Virus record (IMG/VR): IMGVR_UViG_3300027971_000057
Coordinates: 1 to 63,368 of that record
Reading direction: 5' to 3' (one strand)
Source: a virus
Taxonomy: Duplodnaviria > Caudoviricetes
DNA: 63,368 nucleotides
Part shown: in pieces, positions 1-9,725 of the stretch
How the letters are laid out: every line of letters starts with the position of its first letter
How positions within the stretch are numbered: position 1 is the first letter of the stretch
The notes under the pieces: model-generated
Database searches by the model: none
The model's input: only the letters and a program-made list of their open reading frames with translations
What the model was told of the DNA's origin: nothing
Position numbers and translations under genes: made by a program

Positions 1-190
1 GTTGCACCTGTAGCACCTGTAGCACCTGTAGCACCCTGTAATCCCGGTGGCCCAACATCGCCGTCTAACCCATCATCCCCTGCTGCACCTATTGCTCCAG
101 TTGCTCCAGTTGCTCCAGTTGCTCCAGTTGCACCTGTAGCACCCCGTAATCCCGGTGGCCCAACATCGCCGTCTAGCCCATCATCGCCCA
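1..190 (-). repeat. Gly-X-Y collagen repeat; 9-bp tandem units nested in ~100-bp units
   Basis: gctccagtt and gcacctgta tandem 9-mers; 38-160 identical to 63246-63368. Confidence 0.95.
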
Positions 191-581
191 TCATCCCTTG
201 GACAGCAGATGGTGTAACCCATGTTGGCGCACCAGACCCAGCAGATGTTAGAACTTGCCCAGACGTTCCTGCTGATGTAAATGAATATTCTGTACCTGTC
301 CCATAAGCAATAGCACCAGCCGTAGGTGTAGTAGTGGAATTGGTTCCACCATTTGCTATAGGCAGTGCCGTGCCAGAGTACGTTAGGGCTAGGGTGCCGC
401 TAGTGGTAACAGGGCTACCACTGACAGTAAAAATGCTAGGCGCAGTCAGGCCAACACTGGATACTGTGCCACCACCGCCAGTAGTTTGTAGGTTTGTATC
501 TCCATTAGCCAAGTCGGTAATGGAGATGCTACCGTTAGAAGATACAAGGTTGATTGCCTTGTAACTTACTTGGCTGACCAT
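1..581 (-). CDS. N-terminal part of collagen-like tail fibre protein (runs off window start; continues at 63368->62248)
   Basis: ATG at 581; hand translation [12 protein letters not shown]...[30 protein letters not shown]...[23 protein letters not shown], open to position 1; absent from the ORF track. Confidence 0.85.
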   Translation of the reverse strand, partial: MVSQVSYKAINLVSSNGSISITDLANGDTNLQTTGGGGTVSSVGLTAPSIFTVSGSPVTTSGTLALTYSGTALPIANGGTNSTTTPTAGAIAYGTGTEYSFTSAGTSGQVLTSAGSGAPTWVTPSAVQGMMGDDGLDGDVGPPGLRGATGATGATGATGATGAIGAAGDDGLDGDVGPPGLQGATGATGATGA

Positions 582-584
582 GAT

Positions 585-1145
585 TTACTCTGGCGCAAAG
601 GCCGCAGCAAACTTTTGGGCTTGCTTCTTCAGCCCCTCAAGTTTGGTTTCCAGAGCAGAAATAGTGCTTGTAAGCGCCTGTTCCTTGTCAAGGAGGGCTT
701 GCTCTTTAGCCTGCATTTCTGCGACCGCACTGTCGTAGGCTTTCTGCATAGCATCGAGTGACATGGCAACTTCTGCCTCCTTGGCGGCAAGCCCCACGTA
801 TGCGGACTTAGTTTTTTCCTTGATGGACGCCAAAATCTCAACAACTTGAGCATCTGCATCGGCGACGGTATCCTCGATTTTCTTGGCTGCGTCTGCCTTT
901 GCTTGCGCTACAAGTTTGTCTTGCTGCTGGATAACGTCTTTCTGGTCTTGGGCCTGAGACACTATGGACTCAAGCTCCGTTTTAAGCGCCTCCACCTCTC
1001 GGGTCAACGCCTCTTTATGGGGGATTGCGTTGGACAGTGCGGCAAAAACATCCGCAGCGTGGTTCAGCGCATGGGCCATCGGCGAGAAATACCGAATTGC
1101 CTGATCCACCTGATTGTATACCTTATCAACGTCTTGTTTATTCAT
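585..1145 (-). CDS. coiled-coil protein in structural operon
   Basis: 186 aa, A/K/E/Q-rich helical sequence, tightly packed with neighbours. Confidence 0.7.
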   Translation of the reverse strand: MNKQDVDKVYNQVDQAIRYFSPMAHALNHAADVFAALSNAIPHKEALTREVEALKTELESIVSQAQDQKDVIQQQDKLVAQAKADAAKKIEDTVADADAQVVEILASIKEKTKSAYVGLAAKEAEVAMSLDAMQKAYDSAVAEMQAKEQALLDKEQALTSTISALETKLEGLKKQAQKFAAAFAPE

Positions 1146-1146
1146 A

Positions 1147-1476
1147 TCAAAACCCCGCTTGAATACTGGTAAGCGTAGCCGTTCCAGAAGTCCATGCAGT
1201 CACGTTCAAACGAATGGCAGTGACAGGAAACGCATAGTTGCCGTCTTTGTTTGTGGTTTGGCTCACAACAGTTGCATTTGAGTACCACACAGCAGTCGCA
1301 GGGCTAAACGCTGGGTCTTGAACATCATCAAACGTATGCTCGACGGTATAGGTCAATGACGCACCAGAAGACAACTTAACTCCAAACCCTACGTTGAACG
1401 GATCCCCATAGGTGTTAAGTGGGATGGGGTTAGATACACTAACACCAGAAACTACTACCCGTACTGGCCTTGCCAT
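1147..1476 (-). CDS. putative virion structural protein
   Basis: 109 aa beta-rich S/T/V protein, AGGAG RBS. Confidence 0.65.
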   Translation of the reverse strand: MARPVRVVVSGVSVSNPIPLNTYGDPFNVGFGVKLSSGASLTYTVEHTFDDVQDPAFSPATAVWYSNATVVSQTTNKDGNYAFPVTAIRLNVTAWTSGTATLTSIQAGF

Positions 1477-1495
1477 AATTTATCTCCTATGAAGA

Positions 1496-1511
1496 GGGGG
1501 CCGAAGCCCCC
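1496..1511 (-). terminator. cUUCGg hairpin, weak terminator or stabiliser
   Basis: GGGGGC-TTCG-GCCCCC on minus strand after 1520 stop; poor U-tract. Confidence 0.5.
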
Positions 1512-1519
1512 GAGACTAA

Positions 1520-1996
1520 TTAGGCAGATGCTGGGAAGGCAGTACCATCCGAGTTACGCACAACATAAGCAATAATTAGTTTACCACTACCCGTGGTCAC
1601 TGAAGTTCCGCTTACCGTATAGGTAATTGTTGCATCCGTAGAACCCACGTTGGTCAGCAAAGCAAGGTCAGCCACAGTCGTGGTTCCGACCATCGTGTAG
1701 ATACCGCCCGTAGCAGAGGTGGGGGTAACTGTACCAATGGTGGTGGATCCGTTCTTGATTGTCAGAACAGGGCTTGTGCCGTTGAAAACAACACCATCAA
1801 TCGCCAGTTGGACGGAGGTAATGTATGAACCTGCGGGCAAAACAGCCAGCGTGGTGGCGGTAGTTGCAGCAAAGGTTGCCGTTACGCTTTGCGTAACAAT
1901 GGTCGCGCCAGTGTTGCGAACCGTGCCGACAGCGGTTCCGGTGGTTTCTTTAACCGTGCCGAGCAGCCAAGGGCCAAGGTGAGTTGCGAATCCCAT
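1520..1996 (-). CDS. putative capsid-associated/decoration protein
   Basis: 158 aa T/G/V-rich, immediately downstream of major capsid gene. Confidence 0.6.
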   Translation of the reverse strand: MGFATHLGPWLLGTVKETTGTAVGTVRNTGATIVTQSVTATFAATTATTLAVLPAGSYITSVQLAIDGVVFNGTSPVLTIKNGSTTIGTVTPTSATGGIYTMVGTTTVADLALLTNVGSTDATITYTVSGTSVTTGSGKLIIAYVVRNSDGTAFPASA

Positions 1997-2077
1997 GATA
2001 TATCCTCAGTTGCGGCTTGCTGTCTTGAGGAAAAGTCTGCCAAGTCAGTCAACAAGCCAAGTAGTCTTGGTATTAGG

Positions 2078-2106
2078 GTTGTACCACAAGTTTTTCTCTT
2101 GTGCAA
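2078..2106 (-). promoter_or_regulatory. sigma70-like promoter
   Basis: TTGCAC-17bp-TACAAC with TGn extension, just after the capsid terminator. Confidence 0.5.
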
Positions 2107-2108
2107 AT

Positions 2109-2134
2109 AAAAAGGGAGCCGAAGCTCCCTTTTT
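2109..2134 (-). terminator. intrinsic terminator after major capsid gene
   Basis: AAAAAGGGAGC-TTCG-GCTCCCTTTTT. Confidence 0.9.
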
Positions 2135-2148
2135 ACTACTACCTACGA

Positions 2149-3060
2149 TCAGGTCGAACCGGGGGAGCCAAAGACGCCCAGAGGATCAGACCAGCCGAAC
2201 GAATAACGCTCGCGGGACTTGTAACGGACGTTGCCCGTATCAAAGTCACCGTCCATCGAGTTCGACAGAGGCATACGCTCGAAGTGCTTCAGACCGTTTG
2301 GAACGTCCGTGGTCAGGAACCAGCCGTTCGTGTCGGTCAAGAAGTGGTTAACGGTATAGCCTTCTGGGATCGAACCGTTGTTCTTCAGCGCGTTGATATC
2401 GTTGTCGGTAGTGCCAACACGGAGGCTGGTTTCCAACAGACGGGTAGCAACGAACATCAGAGCGGGAGGGATCACCAGCTTGCGTGGCTTGGCAGCAATC
2501 AGCAGACCACGCTCATCGGTCCATGCAGCGATTTGAATCACAGCATTTTCCAGCGAGGTTTCGTTCAGGTCAGCATTGGTCGAAGGACGATTGCTGTTGG
2601 TAGAACCCGACACCAGAGGGTGAGAAGTACTAAACAGCGGTTGACCATCACCACCAATAAAGCCAGCGCTGAAGCCGTTGTTCAGAACAGCAGCAGCCTT
2701 AACTTGCTTGGTGTAAGCCATAGCGCGAGCAAGAGCCTTGGTATAACGAGCCGACAGGCTGTCATACAGGTTATCTTCCACAGCTTCTTCCGTGATGGAG
2801 AAGCCCAGAGCGATGGTTTCGTGGTTGTAACGAGCGGTGAAAGCTTCCTGTCCGTTGTCGTACTGGATTGCTTGACCTTCGTTCTTCACCGGAGCGGCAG
2901 AGAAGCCAGACAGCTTGGTCTCTTCTTCAAAGGAACGCTCGGATTTTTCAACCGTATACAGTTCCTTGTGTTCCTCGCCGTAGCGAGCATACTCAAGACC
3001 AAACAGGGCATTGAGACCGGGGAGCAACTCTTTGAGTAGCTGGGCACGTGAAATAGCCAT
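2149..3060 (-). CDS. major capsid protein (Mu gpT-like family)
   Basis: 303 aa; ELLPGLNALFGLEY, PRKLVIPPAL, DFDTGNVRYKSRERYSFGWSDP; strong terminator follows. Confidence 0.9.
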   Translation of the reverse strand: MAISRAQLLKELLPGLNALFGLEYARYGEEHKELYTVEKSERSFEEETKLSGFSAAPVKNEGQAIQYDNGQEAFTARYNHETIALGFSITEEAVEDNLYDSLSARYTKALARAMAYTKQVKAAAVLNNGFSAGFIGGDGQPLFSTSHPLVSGSTNSNRPSTNADLNETSLENAVIQIAAWTDERGLLIAAKPRKLVIPPALMFVATRLLETSLRVGTTDNDINALKNNGSIPEGYTVNHFLTDTNGWFLTTDVPNGLKHFERMPLSNSMDGDFDTGNVRYKSRERYSFGWSDPLGVFGSPGST

Positions 3061-3073
3061 TTTATGTTACTCC

Positions 3074-3952
3074 TTAGATTGCAACTGGGTTGGTATAGGC
3101 ATGGTAGCCGAAGTTCCACTTAAGCAGAACTTCTGGGTAGCCAACGAAGTTGAAGGTAGCTGCCGTCAGCGACGAGGTAGAAGCCGCAGACAACGTAACC
3201 GACGTACCCGACACCGCAGTGATATACGTATTAGCTGCGATGCCCGAACCTGTCACGATCATGCCCGGAAGGATCAGGGCGTTAGACGCAGCCAAGGTCA
3301 TCGTGGTGCTGGTAGCCGTGTTAGCGATAGCACTCAGTGCAACCACAGTGTCTGGAACCAGACCGACGCAGCGGTACGGAGTAGTCGTCGTGACACGGGC
3401 GCTAGAAGCACCAGAGACCACAAGCACGTTCGAGTTACCAGCCAGATTGCTCTGAACGCCAGTATTTTGCAAGGTCGTGAGGATCGAGGTGAAATTCGTA
3501 CCGACCATCAGCGGATTCGCGTAAGCGTTCAGCGTCAGGACAGCAGAAGCAGCACCGGGGTTAGCACCAACAGCAGCTTTGAAGACCGTGTCGTAGTCAT
3601 CGCAGACATACGCAACAGCGTCAATAGCAACCGTCGAAGCAGCCCACGACTGATAGCGGTTCTTGCCGTACAGCGGGCCAGAGCCGACGATGGTAGCAGT
3701 GCTACCGGGGGTGTATTCGCAGCCGAGGAAGATACCGAGCGTACCGCCCGTTTCCGTCGCAGAAGCGTTGTATGCCAGACCGGACGTAATCAGCGTGCCA
3801 GTGGTGGTGAACTTGACTGGGTCGCCGTAGTACAGCGAAGTACCGTAGCCAGAGGCGATAGGGATCATACGGGTAGAACCCGAGAATACCTGACCTCCGA
3901 TCAAATTCTGCGGGAGTAGCCCGTAAGGGCCAGAGATCGTTGGATAAGCCAT
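3074..3952 (-). CDS. putative head decoration/minor capsid protein
   Basis: 292 aa, directly upstream of MCP; PYGLLP, GIFLGCEY motifs. Confidence 0.6.
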   Translation of the reverse strand: MAYPTISGPYGLLPQNLIGGQVFSGSTRMIPIASGYGTSLYYGDPVKFTTTGTLITSGLAYNASATETGGTLGIFLGCEYTPGSTATIVGSGPLYGKNRYQSWAASTVAIDAVAYVCDDYDTVFKAAVGANPGAASAVLTLNAYANPLMVGTNFTSILTTLQNTGVQSNLAGNSNVLVVSGASSARVTTTTPYRCVGLVPDTVVALSAIANTATSTTMTLAASNALILPGMIVTGSGIAANTYITAVSGTSVTLSAASTSSLTAATFNFVGYPEVLLKWNFGYHAYTNPVAI

Positions 3953-3962
3953 TTAAGACTCC

Positions 3963-4412
3963 TTATTTAGTACCTGAACCAAAACCCGCACCGCGAGTCA
4001 CTGCTGACTTGCGTTCCGCAAACAGCGGCATACGGGGATCATTTTGACGAAGGAAATTGTTATCAACAGCTTCTGATTGTGCTTTATTTGCGTTGTCATA
4101 GTATTCAGACATCGCAGCAAGTTTAGCTTCGGGCATCTTACACAGCATCAGGCCACCAATCTCAACATTACCAGACGTAGAACCGGAGATCATCAACTCA
4201 GGATGGTCTTCAGCCTTGACTGGTTCCCAGCCATCACGCCGTTTGCGTGAGACATTGGTTGGATCAGCTTGACCAAGAACGTGCGTTGCAATCCAGCGGA
4301 AAGCCCATCCGGGCTCTGGAGTTGGATCGGGCAAGGCGCTCGAAGGTTTGTACACGTAGCGCGTTTGTTTTTCGCGGGTCTCAAGTTCACGGGGGGTGCG
4401 AGTTTCAGCCAT
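3963..4412 (-). CDS. head-module hypothetical protein
   Basis: 149 aa; overlaps scaffold stop. Confidence 0.7.
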   Translation of the reverse strand: MAETRTPRELETREKQTRYVYKPSSALPDPTPEPGWAFRWIATHVLGQADPTNVSRKRRDGWEPVKAEDHPELMISGSTSGNVEIGGLMLCKMPEAKLAAMSEYYDNANKAQSEAVDNNFLRQNDPRMPLFAERKSAVTRGAGFGSGTK

Positions 4413-5325
4413 TTTGTTTCTCCAATTTAGCGACTTCGATAGCGTACTGTTGAGGGGTCAGACCGTATTTCTTTGCTAAAGCAATTTGCGTAGTAGTAAG
4501 AGTTACCTTCTTTGGACCCGTCGAACGTGTTGCAGATGCGACTACCGATGCTGGCTTGGAAGACTTACCCTTTCCGAACACCTCAGGGAAAGTCGAGTGC
4601 AACCTCGAATCAATCTTGCTGAAATACTCATCGCTGGTTGGGTCCACGCCCGTGTTCACTAGCTTTTGATGCAGCCCTAGTGAGAAGCTGGTAAGTTCCT
4701 CGTATCCCGGACTTCCAAACCACTGGTTTTTGTGCAGCCAGCGCTGAGTCTTTTGATCTGGTTGAGTCGGTTGGGATACCGATTGACGAGGTTGTACCTC
4801 AGTTTCGTCTATTTGTAAAGCGGCTGGATTGAATTTCTTCGCTTCTTCCAGTTTCCACTTTGCATCAGTAAGTGCTTCTTGGGCTGCAATGATAGCGTCA
4901 GTATCGAAAGCTTCTTGTGCTTCCTTGTACTGTTTACGGGCCATTGCCAACTCAGCTTCTGCCGCCGACTTGATAGTCGAGACGTAATGCTGCGTGCCGT
5001 CATTCACATACCGCTTGAGATTCTTGTTCTCATCAATGAGATGCTGTGCAAGCTTTTCAAGCTCCTCACGTTCACGTTGAACTGATTCCTTAGCCCGACG
5101 CTCATCATGTCGCGCATGAGTCAACTCCTTGATACGGTTCTTGACCTTATCCGAGTAGTTTTCAATTTCTTCATCCGTAGGATCTTCGACTTCCCGATCA
5201 AGGGGCTTGCGGCCACGGTCTTGTTCAGGCGTGTCGTCAACGATCTCTACTTCTACCTCTGGCGATTCGTTAGTAATAACAACTTCGTTGTCATCCTGCT
5301 CATCAGGAAACTTGTATGGCTCCAT
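4405..5325 (-). CDS. capsid scaffolding protein
   Basis: acidic N-terminus, coiled coil, C-terminal QIALAKKYGLTPQQYA; position between portal and MCP. Confidence 0.7.
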   Translation of the reverse strand: MEPYKFPDEQDDNEVVITNESPEVEVEIVDDTPEQDRGRKPLDREVEDPTDEEIENYSDKVKNRIKELTHARHDERRAKESVQREREELEKLAQHLIDENKNLKRYVNDGTQHYVSTIKSAAEAELAMARKQYKEAQEAFDTDAIIAAQEALTDAKWKLEEAKKFNPAALQIDETEVQPRQSVSQPTQPDQKTQRWLHKNQWFGSPGYEELTSFSLGLHQKLVNTGVDPTSDEYFSKIDSRLHSTFPEVFGKGKSSKPASVVASATRSTGPKKVTLTTTQIALAKKYGLTPQQYAIEVAKLEKQNG

Positions 5326-5334
5326 ATTTACTCC

Positions 5335-5805
5335 TTATGCGGGAAAGAACTTCCCGTTGTGTCTATTAGACTTTGATCGATTCCACAAAGCGGGGACTAC
5401 TTGCAGATTGTCGTAAGAAGATGCTCCTCCACGACTGACAGGGACTATGTGGTCCACGTGCCATTCTGCAAAATAGGCTGTGCTACGCAAACGTGCAAGT
5501 GCTACGGCCTCTTTCAAAACAAACGCGCTTAGTTCGTCAAGTGCTTTTTCGTTTGACCTTCGCATTAACTGATACCTAAGTCTTGCCTGTTTTCTAGCCT
5601 CGGACAGCGGCACACTCGCGCGTTTTTGTTCTACAACAGCACGGCCACCAGAGGCGACAAAGGCTGCGTCTTCTCGCTTTTTACACGCCTTGCCCTTATC
5701 GGAGGCGTAGTATTTGCGTTTAGCCGCTTGATAAGCTTCCGGATGGCGTTCCCGCCAACGCTTTGCATTAGCGGCGTCCCTTACTCGTTTTTCTTCGGGG
5801 GTCAT
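5335..5805 (-). CDS. free-standing HNH endonuclease
   Basis: WHVDHIVPVSRGG...NLQVVPALWNRSKSN; ATGA overlap with GroES stop. Confidence 0.9.
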   Translation of the reverse strand: MTPEEKRVRDAANAKRWRERHPEAYQAAKRKYYASDKGKACKKREDAAFVASGGRAVVEQKRASVPLSEARKQARLRYQLMRRSNEKALDELSAFVLKEAVALARLRSTAYFAEWHVDHIVPVSRGGASSYDNLQVVPALWNRSKSNRHNGKFFPA

Positions 5806-6236
5806 GCTCGGCTTATCCCTCTAGGATCTTCCACGATACCTTCCACCTGATCGTCATTGATCATGCGGAACTCTTTGCCGTACACCTTGAATCGCGTACC
5901 TGAATAAGCGCGGACAAGCACGAAGTCACCTTGTTTACACCAAGGCGTCTCACCGAACTTGTCTTGATCTTGGTAGGCTTGCGGACCCATCTTCACGACA
6001 AACAGTACTGTGGTGGCGTGTTCCTCTTGCCGCAGTGAAGCGGTAGCCTTGACCAGATCGAGGTCAGTGCCCTCAAGTTTGTCAGAGACATCAGGGACCA
6101 TGCACAGGATGCGCCAACCAGACGGTTCTGGTAGCGACTTACCCCTCTCTTCAATAGGAATGTGCTCTTCTGGAGTTTCAAGCGGTCTGATTTGGGGCGG
6201 CAAGACGAGGCCGGGAGGCAGAATGAGGTCACTCAT
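5802..6236 (-). CDS. groES: GroES-like co-chaperonin
   Basis: PSGWRIL...VVKMGP...GDFVLVRAYSGTRFKVYGKEFRMINDDQV; start moved to MSDLILPP. Confidence 0.85.
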   Translation of the reverse strand: MSDLILPPGLVLPPQIRPLETPEEHIPIEERGKSLPEPSGWRILCMVPDVSDKLEGTDLDLVKATASLRQEEHATTVLFVVKMGPQAYQDQDKFGETPWCKQGDFVLVRAYSGTRFKVYGKEFRMINDDQVEGIVEDPRGISRA

Positions 6237-6423
6237 CGGATTGTTCAACTTTCTTGGCAAGGGCTATTAGGTAAGACTCTGCAAGGGCCAGCCCTTGAAT
6301 CACCCCGCAGAGTTTTTGATACTCCTCAAACGACTTGCAAATACCCGTTGCGATGTCGTCCGTGTAGTTGTTCATGTCCGTGCGTATTTGGTCGCGCAAT
6401 ACACGTGCGAAGTCGTGGATCAT
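6229..6423 (-). CDS. small head-module protein
   Basis: 64 aa, overlaps portal stop and GroES start. Confidence 0.7.
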   Translation of the reverse strand: MIHDFARVLRDQIRTDMNNYTDDIATGICKSFEEYQKLCGVIQGLALAESYLIALAKKVEQSDE

Positions 6424-8936
6424 GATTTACCTTGTGGTTTGTTTGCCTGTGAGCGAGCTTGTGCTGCGGCCTGAGCCTTACTTCTAGCGATGTCGATACC
6501 CATGCGTGTGCCGTCACGCTCTTGATCTGCTGCCAGACGCGCTTGCTCATGGCTAGTCTTCATCTGTGCTTGCATGGCGTTAAGCTGAATAGTTCCCTCG
6601 GCTTGCATCCGCTTGATCTCAATCTCATCGGCTCTAGCTGCTGCATCCGTCTGAAGCTTCTTTTCCTTGATCTGCATTTCTTGTGCTTTGATCTGCACTT
6701 CTTGCTGACGGATCTGAAGTTCTTGCTGCTGCATCTGCACAATCGGGTCTTGCTGGGCCTGTTGAGCTTGCTGCTGTGCTTGCTCTTGTTTATGTTGTTG
6801 CAGCACTTGCTGTGCGGCCTGTGCCATTGCGCTAGACAACATATTCTGCATTTCTGCTGGAATCTTCGGGCCGTTTTCGTCGTCTACATCTTCCGGTGGC
6901 AGTGGCATACCCATTTGCTGCTCGATCTGCATCCGGTACGCATAAGCAGCGTGTTCAGCGATGTGAGCCATGCCCGCAGCCATCATCTCCTGCGCTTTCG
7001 GGTTCTGCCCCACGACAGCCATGATCTTTGGATCTTGGGTCATCGACATATGCACTTGGATATGCGACTCATGGTCTTGGAAGATGAACGCCTTGAGTGG
7101 CTTGCTCTTCAGGATGTCCATGTTCTCCGTGACCGGATCTTTTGGCTTCATGTCATCAGGGAGTGGGACGAGCTTTTCAGCGTTCTTGATCCCCAAGACA
7201 TCCAACATGGCACGGTGTAGTTGTGGGAGGTCATAGATCTCCGGGGCCATCTGAGCCATCTGGATCACAGCCTGATACTGCACCACACGCTGAGACATAG
7301 TTGCAGCGTTAGGATCACTGACCGGGATGATATCTACATGGGAGTAGTCATCTTTCTTGGCCTTCTCAGTATTGTTCCCCGGCTCATAGTCGTAGTCTTC
7401 ATCCGTGTAGTCACGGATGATCGCCGCCAGAAGCTGCAACTCTTGCTTGAATGAGTAGTGAACCCGCGCCTGAACCGCCGTCATCACCTTGAGTTGGCGC
7501 TCAAGAATAGCCAGCGTGGAGCCGACAGGAGAGTTAGCCGACATATCACTGACCTGCATATCAGCAGTAGCAGCGAAGCGGCGTCCCTCCTCAACAATCT
7601 TGTCCAGCAGCCCCGCCAGAACCGACGAAGGCTCCTTGTAAGGAAGAGGGAGAATGTTGTCGCGCAGAGCGCCAGAGCCAATGTCTACGTCGCGGAACTC
7701 TCCGGGTGCGATTGGCGTGTCGTCGCCTTTGATCCGCAGTCCTCTAGACTTAAGCCCTCCGGGTAGGTTAGACAGCGTTCCTGCGTCAACCAACTGTCGC
7801 ATAAGGCTAGTAGCTGACTTCGCATATCCTCCGATGAGATGGAATAGGCCAAAGCCATACGCGCCAAAACCGGGGATGTACTGATAATGTACGAAGTGCT
7901 GACGTTTGAGCTTGAGGTCGTCGTCCTCTTTCCAGTTCCGCCTAATAGCAAGGACTTCATTGGATCCCTTGATTAAAGTGACTACATACGGAAGGTGAAT
8001 GCCTGTCTTCTTACCCTTCTCATCCTTGTCCTCGAAACCTTCCAGATCGAGATCTACATGGCACTCATAAATAGTCAAGCGATCATCATTGATGTCGCTA
8101 AATCCTGTTTCCTTGTCCTTTGCTTTCTGAATGTCGTCAGACATCTTCAGCGGATCAGGGAGATCAATGTCGCGGTAGAAGCCAGCTTGTTGCAGCTTCA
8201 CAACCTCATTCTCGGTTTTCCGCATTACGTGCGTCAGCCGATAGCAAGTGTCAAGGTTAGACGTTCCATATGGCAGAAGTATGTCTTCTGCGGGAATAAA
8301 GATCGAAACCTGACGCCCCAGTGATGGGTCGTAGTAGACCTTCTTGAACGCAGAACCCGTGGCCGGGAGGCTCCACAGCATCCGCTCGTGTTCTGGCCTG
8401 AACTCCCGCATGACTTCGGTAAGTTCATAGTTCATGTCATCCTCGACACGAACAGCGGCTTCTTTCTTCTCTGGCGTCTCCTTGCCGAGAATCTTTGTGC
8501 GTACTGGCCCTGATGCGGGGAAAGTCTCGGTGATGGTCTCTGACTGGAACCGGATCACTGCCTCAGTGATCATGGGGTGGAACACGCCACAAGCACCATT
8601 CCAAGGTTCTGTACGTTCCTCGTATTGCAAACCTAGCAGTTTCAGACCCTCGGTGTAGGCTTTTTCCCAGTCTTTGCGTGAACCTTTGTCGTTATCGATG
8701 TCTCCCGCAAGGTCACCAGCCAGCGAATCGAGGTACTTTTGCTCAAGTTCATCGGCCAGATTGATGTTGAAATCATCCGTTTCGTCAGCTTTTTCGATAG
8801 AAAGATCCATATCCCCAGCGTGAATGTTCACCGCCTCAGGGTCAACAATCTCAATTTCGATGGGATCTTGCCCCGCACCCAACGCATCCAGCCCCATTGG
8901 AGCCTGATATAGCCCCTTGTCGATGTTCGTAGCCAT
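6420..8936 (-). CDS. portal protein with Gln-rich C-terminal helical extension
   Basis: ~838 aa, downstream of terL; GSAFKKVYYDP, FYQYIPG-like HYQYIPGFGAYGFGL; Q-rich tail. Confidence 0.85.
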   Translation of the reverse strand: MATNIDKGLYQAPMGLDALGAGQDPIEIEIVDPEAVNIHAGDMDLSIEKADETDDFNINLADELEQKYLDSLAGDLAGDIDNDKGSRKDWEKAYTEGLKLLGLQYEERTEPWNGACGVFHPMITEAVIRFQSETITETFPASGPVRTKILGKETPEKKEAAVRVEDDMNYELTEVMREFRPEHERMLWSLPATGSAFKKVYYDPSLGRQVSIFIPAEDILLPYGTSNLDTCYRLTHVMRKTENEVVKLQQAGFYRDIDLPDPLKMSDDIQKAKDKETGFSDINDDRLTIYECHVDLDLEGFEDKDEKGKKTGIHLPYVVTLIKGSNEVLAIRRNWKEDDDLKLKRQHFVHYQYIPGFGAYGFGLFHLIGGYAKSATSLMRQLVDAGTLSNLPGGLKSRGLRIKGDDTPIAPGEFRDVDIGSGALRDNILPLPYKEPSSVLAGLLDKIVEEGRRFAATADMQVSDMSANSPVGSTLAILERQLKVMTAVQARVHYSFKQELQLLAAIIRDYTDEDYDYEPGNNTEKAKKDDYSHVDIIPVSDPNAATMSQRVVQYQAVIQMAQMAPEIYDLPQLHRAMLDVLGIKNAEKLVPLPDDMKPKDPVTENMDILKSKPLKAFIFQDHESHIQVHMSMTQDPKIMAVVGQNPKAQEMMAAGMAHIAEHAAYAYRMQIEQQMGMPLPPEDVDDENGPKIPAEMQNMLSSAMAQAAQQVLQQHKQEQAQQQAQQAQQDPIVQMQQQELQIRQQEVQIKAQEMQIKEKKLQTDAAARADEIEIKRMQAEGTIQLNAMQAQMKTSHEQARLAADQERDGTRMGIDIARSKAQAAAQARSQANKPQGKS

Positions 8937-8944
8937 GTCAGTCC

Positions 8945-9454
8945 TTAAAGATTGTGGGTGCAAAGCGTAGAGCAGAGTTCTTTGAACGTCAGCGAACGGT
9001 CTTTGTCAAAAAACTCCAAGGTCAGCAAGTACCTTGGTTTTGTAAAATTGTAGACGGTGTGTGGTATTTGCGTATTAAATGCGTAATACGTGTGCTGGAG
9101 GTACGGCAGTTCAATGAAGGGGAACGCAACATCTTCAGTAGAGCCTTTGAACATACAGCGGCTATCCCCGCCGTCTTCCAGCAGCATATTGATACCGACT
9201 TGTCGTACGGTGTCGGTGTGCCAGTTGTAGCAAGTGTTCTCGGGCATACGGGCGATTGCACCTAGCAGCCTGTATTTGGACATCAAAAACTGCAACACAG
9301 GATCCTGCTCCATCAGTTCTGGCGGCACAGGGGCAACGTCAAAGTTATAGTACTTATGCCACTCCTTGGCGGTGTGCGCGATCTCCAGCAACGGCTTTGT
9401 CAGCGTTGAGGATATGGCAATGGGCCAAAAGCAGTCTGTTGGGTGTGTACGCAT
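8945..9454 (-). CDS. cupin / 2OG-Fe(II) oxygenase-like protein
   Basis: YNWHTD (HxD) and distal FNTQIPHTVYN...RYLL. Confidence 0.6.
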   Translation of the reverse strand: MRTHPTDCFWPIAISSTLTKPLLEIAHTAKEWHKYYNFDVAPVPPELMEQDPVLQFLMSKYRLLGAIARMPENTCYNWHTDTVRQVGINMLLEDGGDSRCMFKGSTEDVAFPFIELPYLQHTYYAFNTQIPHTVYNFTKPRYLLTLEFFDKDRSLTFKELCSTLCTHNL

Positions 9455-9717
9455 TAACGCCTCTTCAAAGTCGCAGCGTTTGTCTTGGGGTTGTACTTGA
9501 ACGCAGTGGGTTTCTTACCCGTGCGCGTACTGGCTCTGTCCAGAGCACGCTCTTCAGCGGTCATGGCATCGCGCTTCTTGCCAGCAGCGGTGAGATTGCC
9601 TTTGGCATCTACGTGCCCACGCTTTTGCAAGACCTCAAGCGCCGTCTCCCGTGAGCCGATCTGAGCCGCCAAGCGGTCAATCAACTGATGTCGGCCCATG
9701 AATTTCTGCGTGGTCAT
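9454..9717 (-). CDS. small basic hypothetical protein
   Basis: K/R-rich; stop overlaps next start. Confidence 0.6.
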   Translation of the reverse strand: MTTQKFMGRHQLIDRLAAQIGSRETALEVLQKRGHVDAKGNLTAAGKKRDAMTAEERALDRASTRTGKKPTAFKYNPKTNAATLKRR

Positions 9718-9725
9718 ATCGGTAG

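Noticed and set aside
2101-3919. Long plus-strand ORFs (312 aa and 302 aa) and similar antisense ORFs across the track
   Set aside because: Shadows of well-supported opposite-strand genes, with no motifs or RBS
5335-5345. GroES tail remnant at the end of the HNH
   Set aside because: Only the final Ala-stop is shared; too short to support
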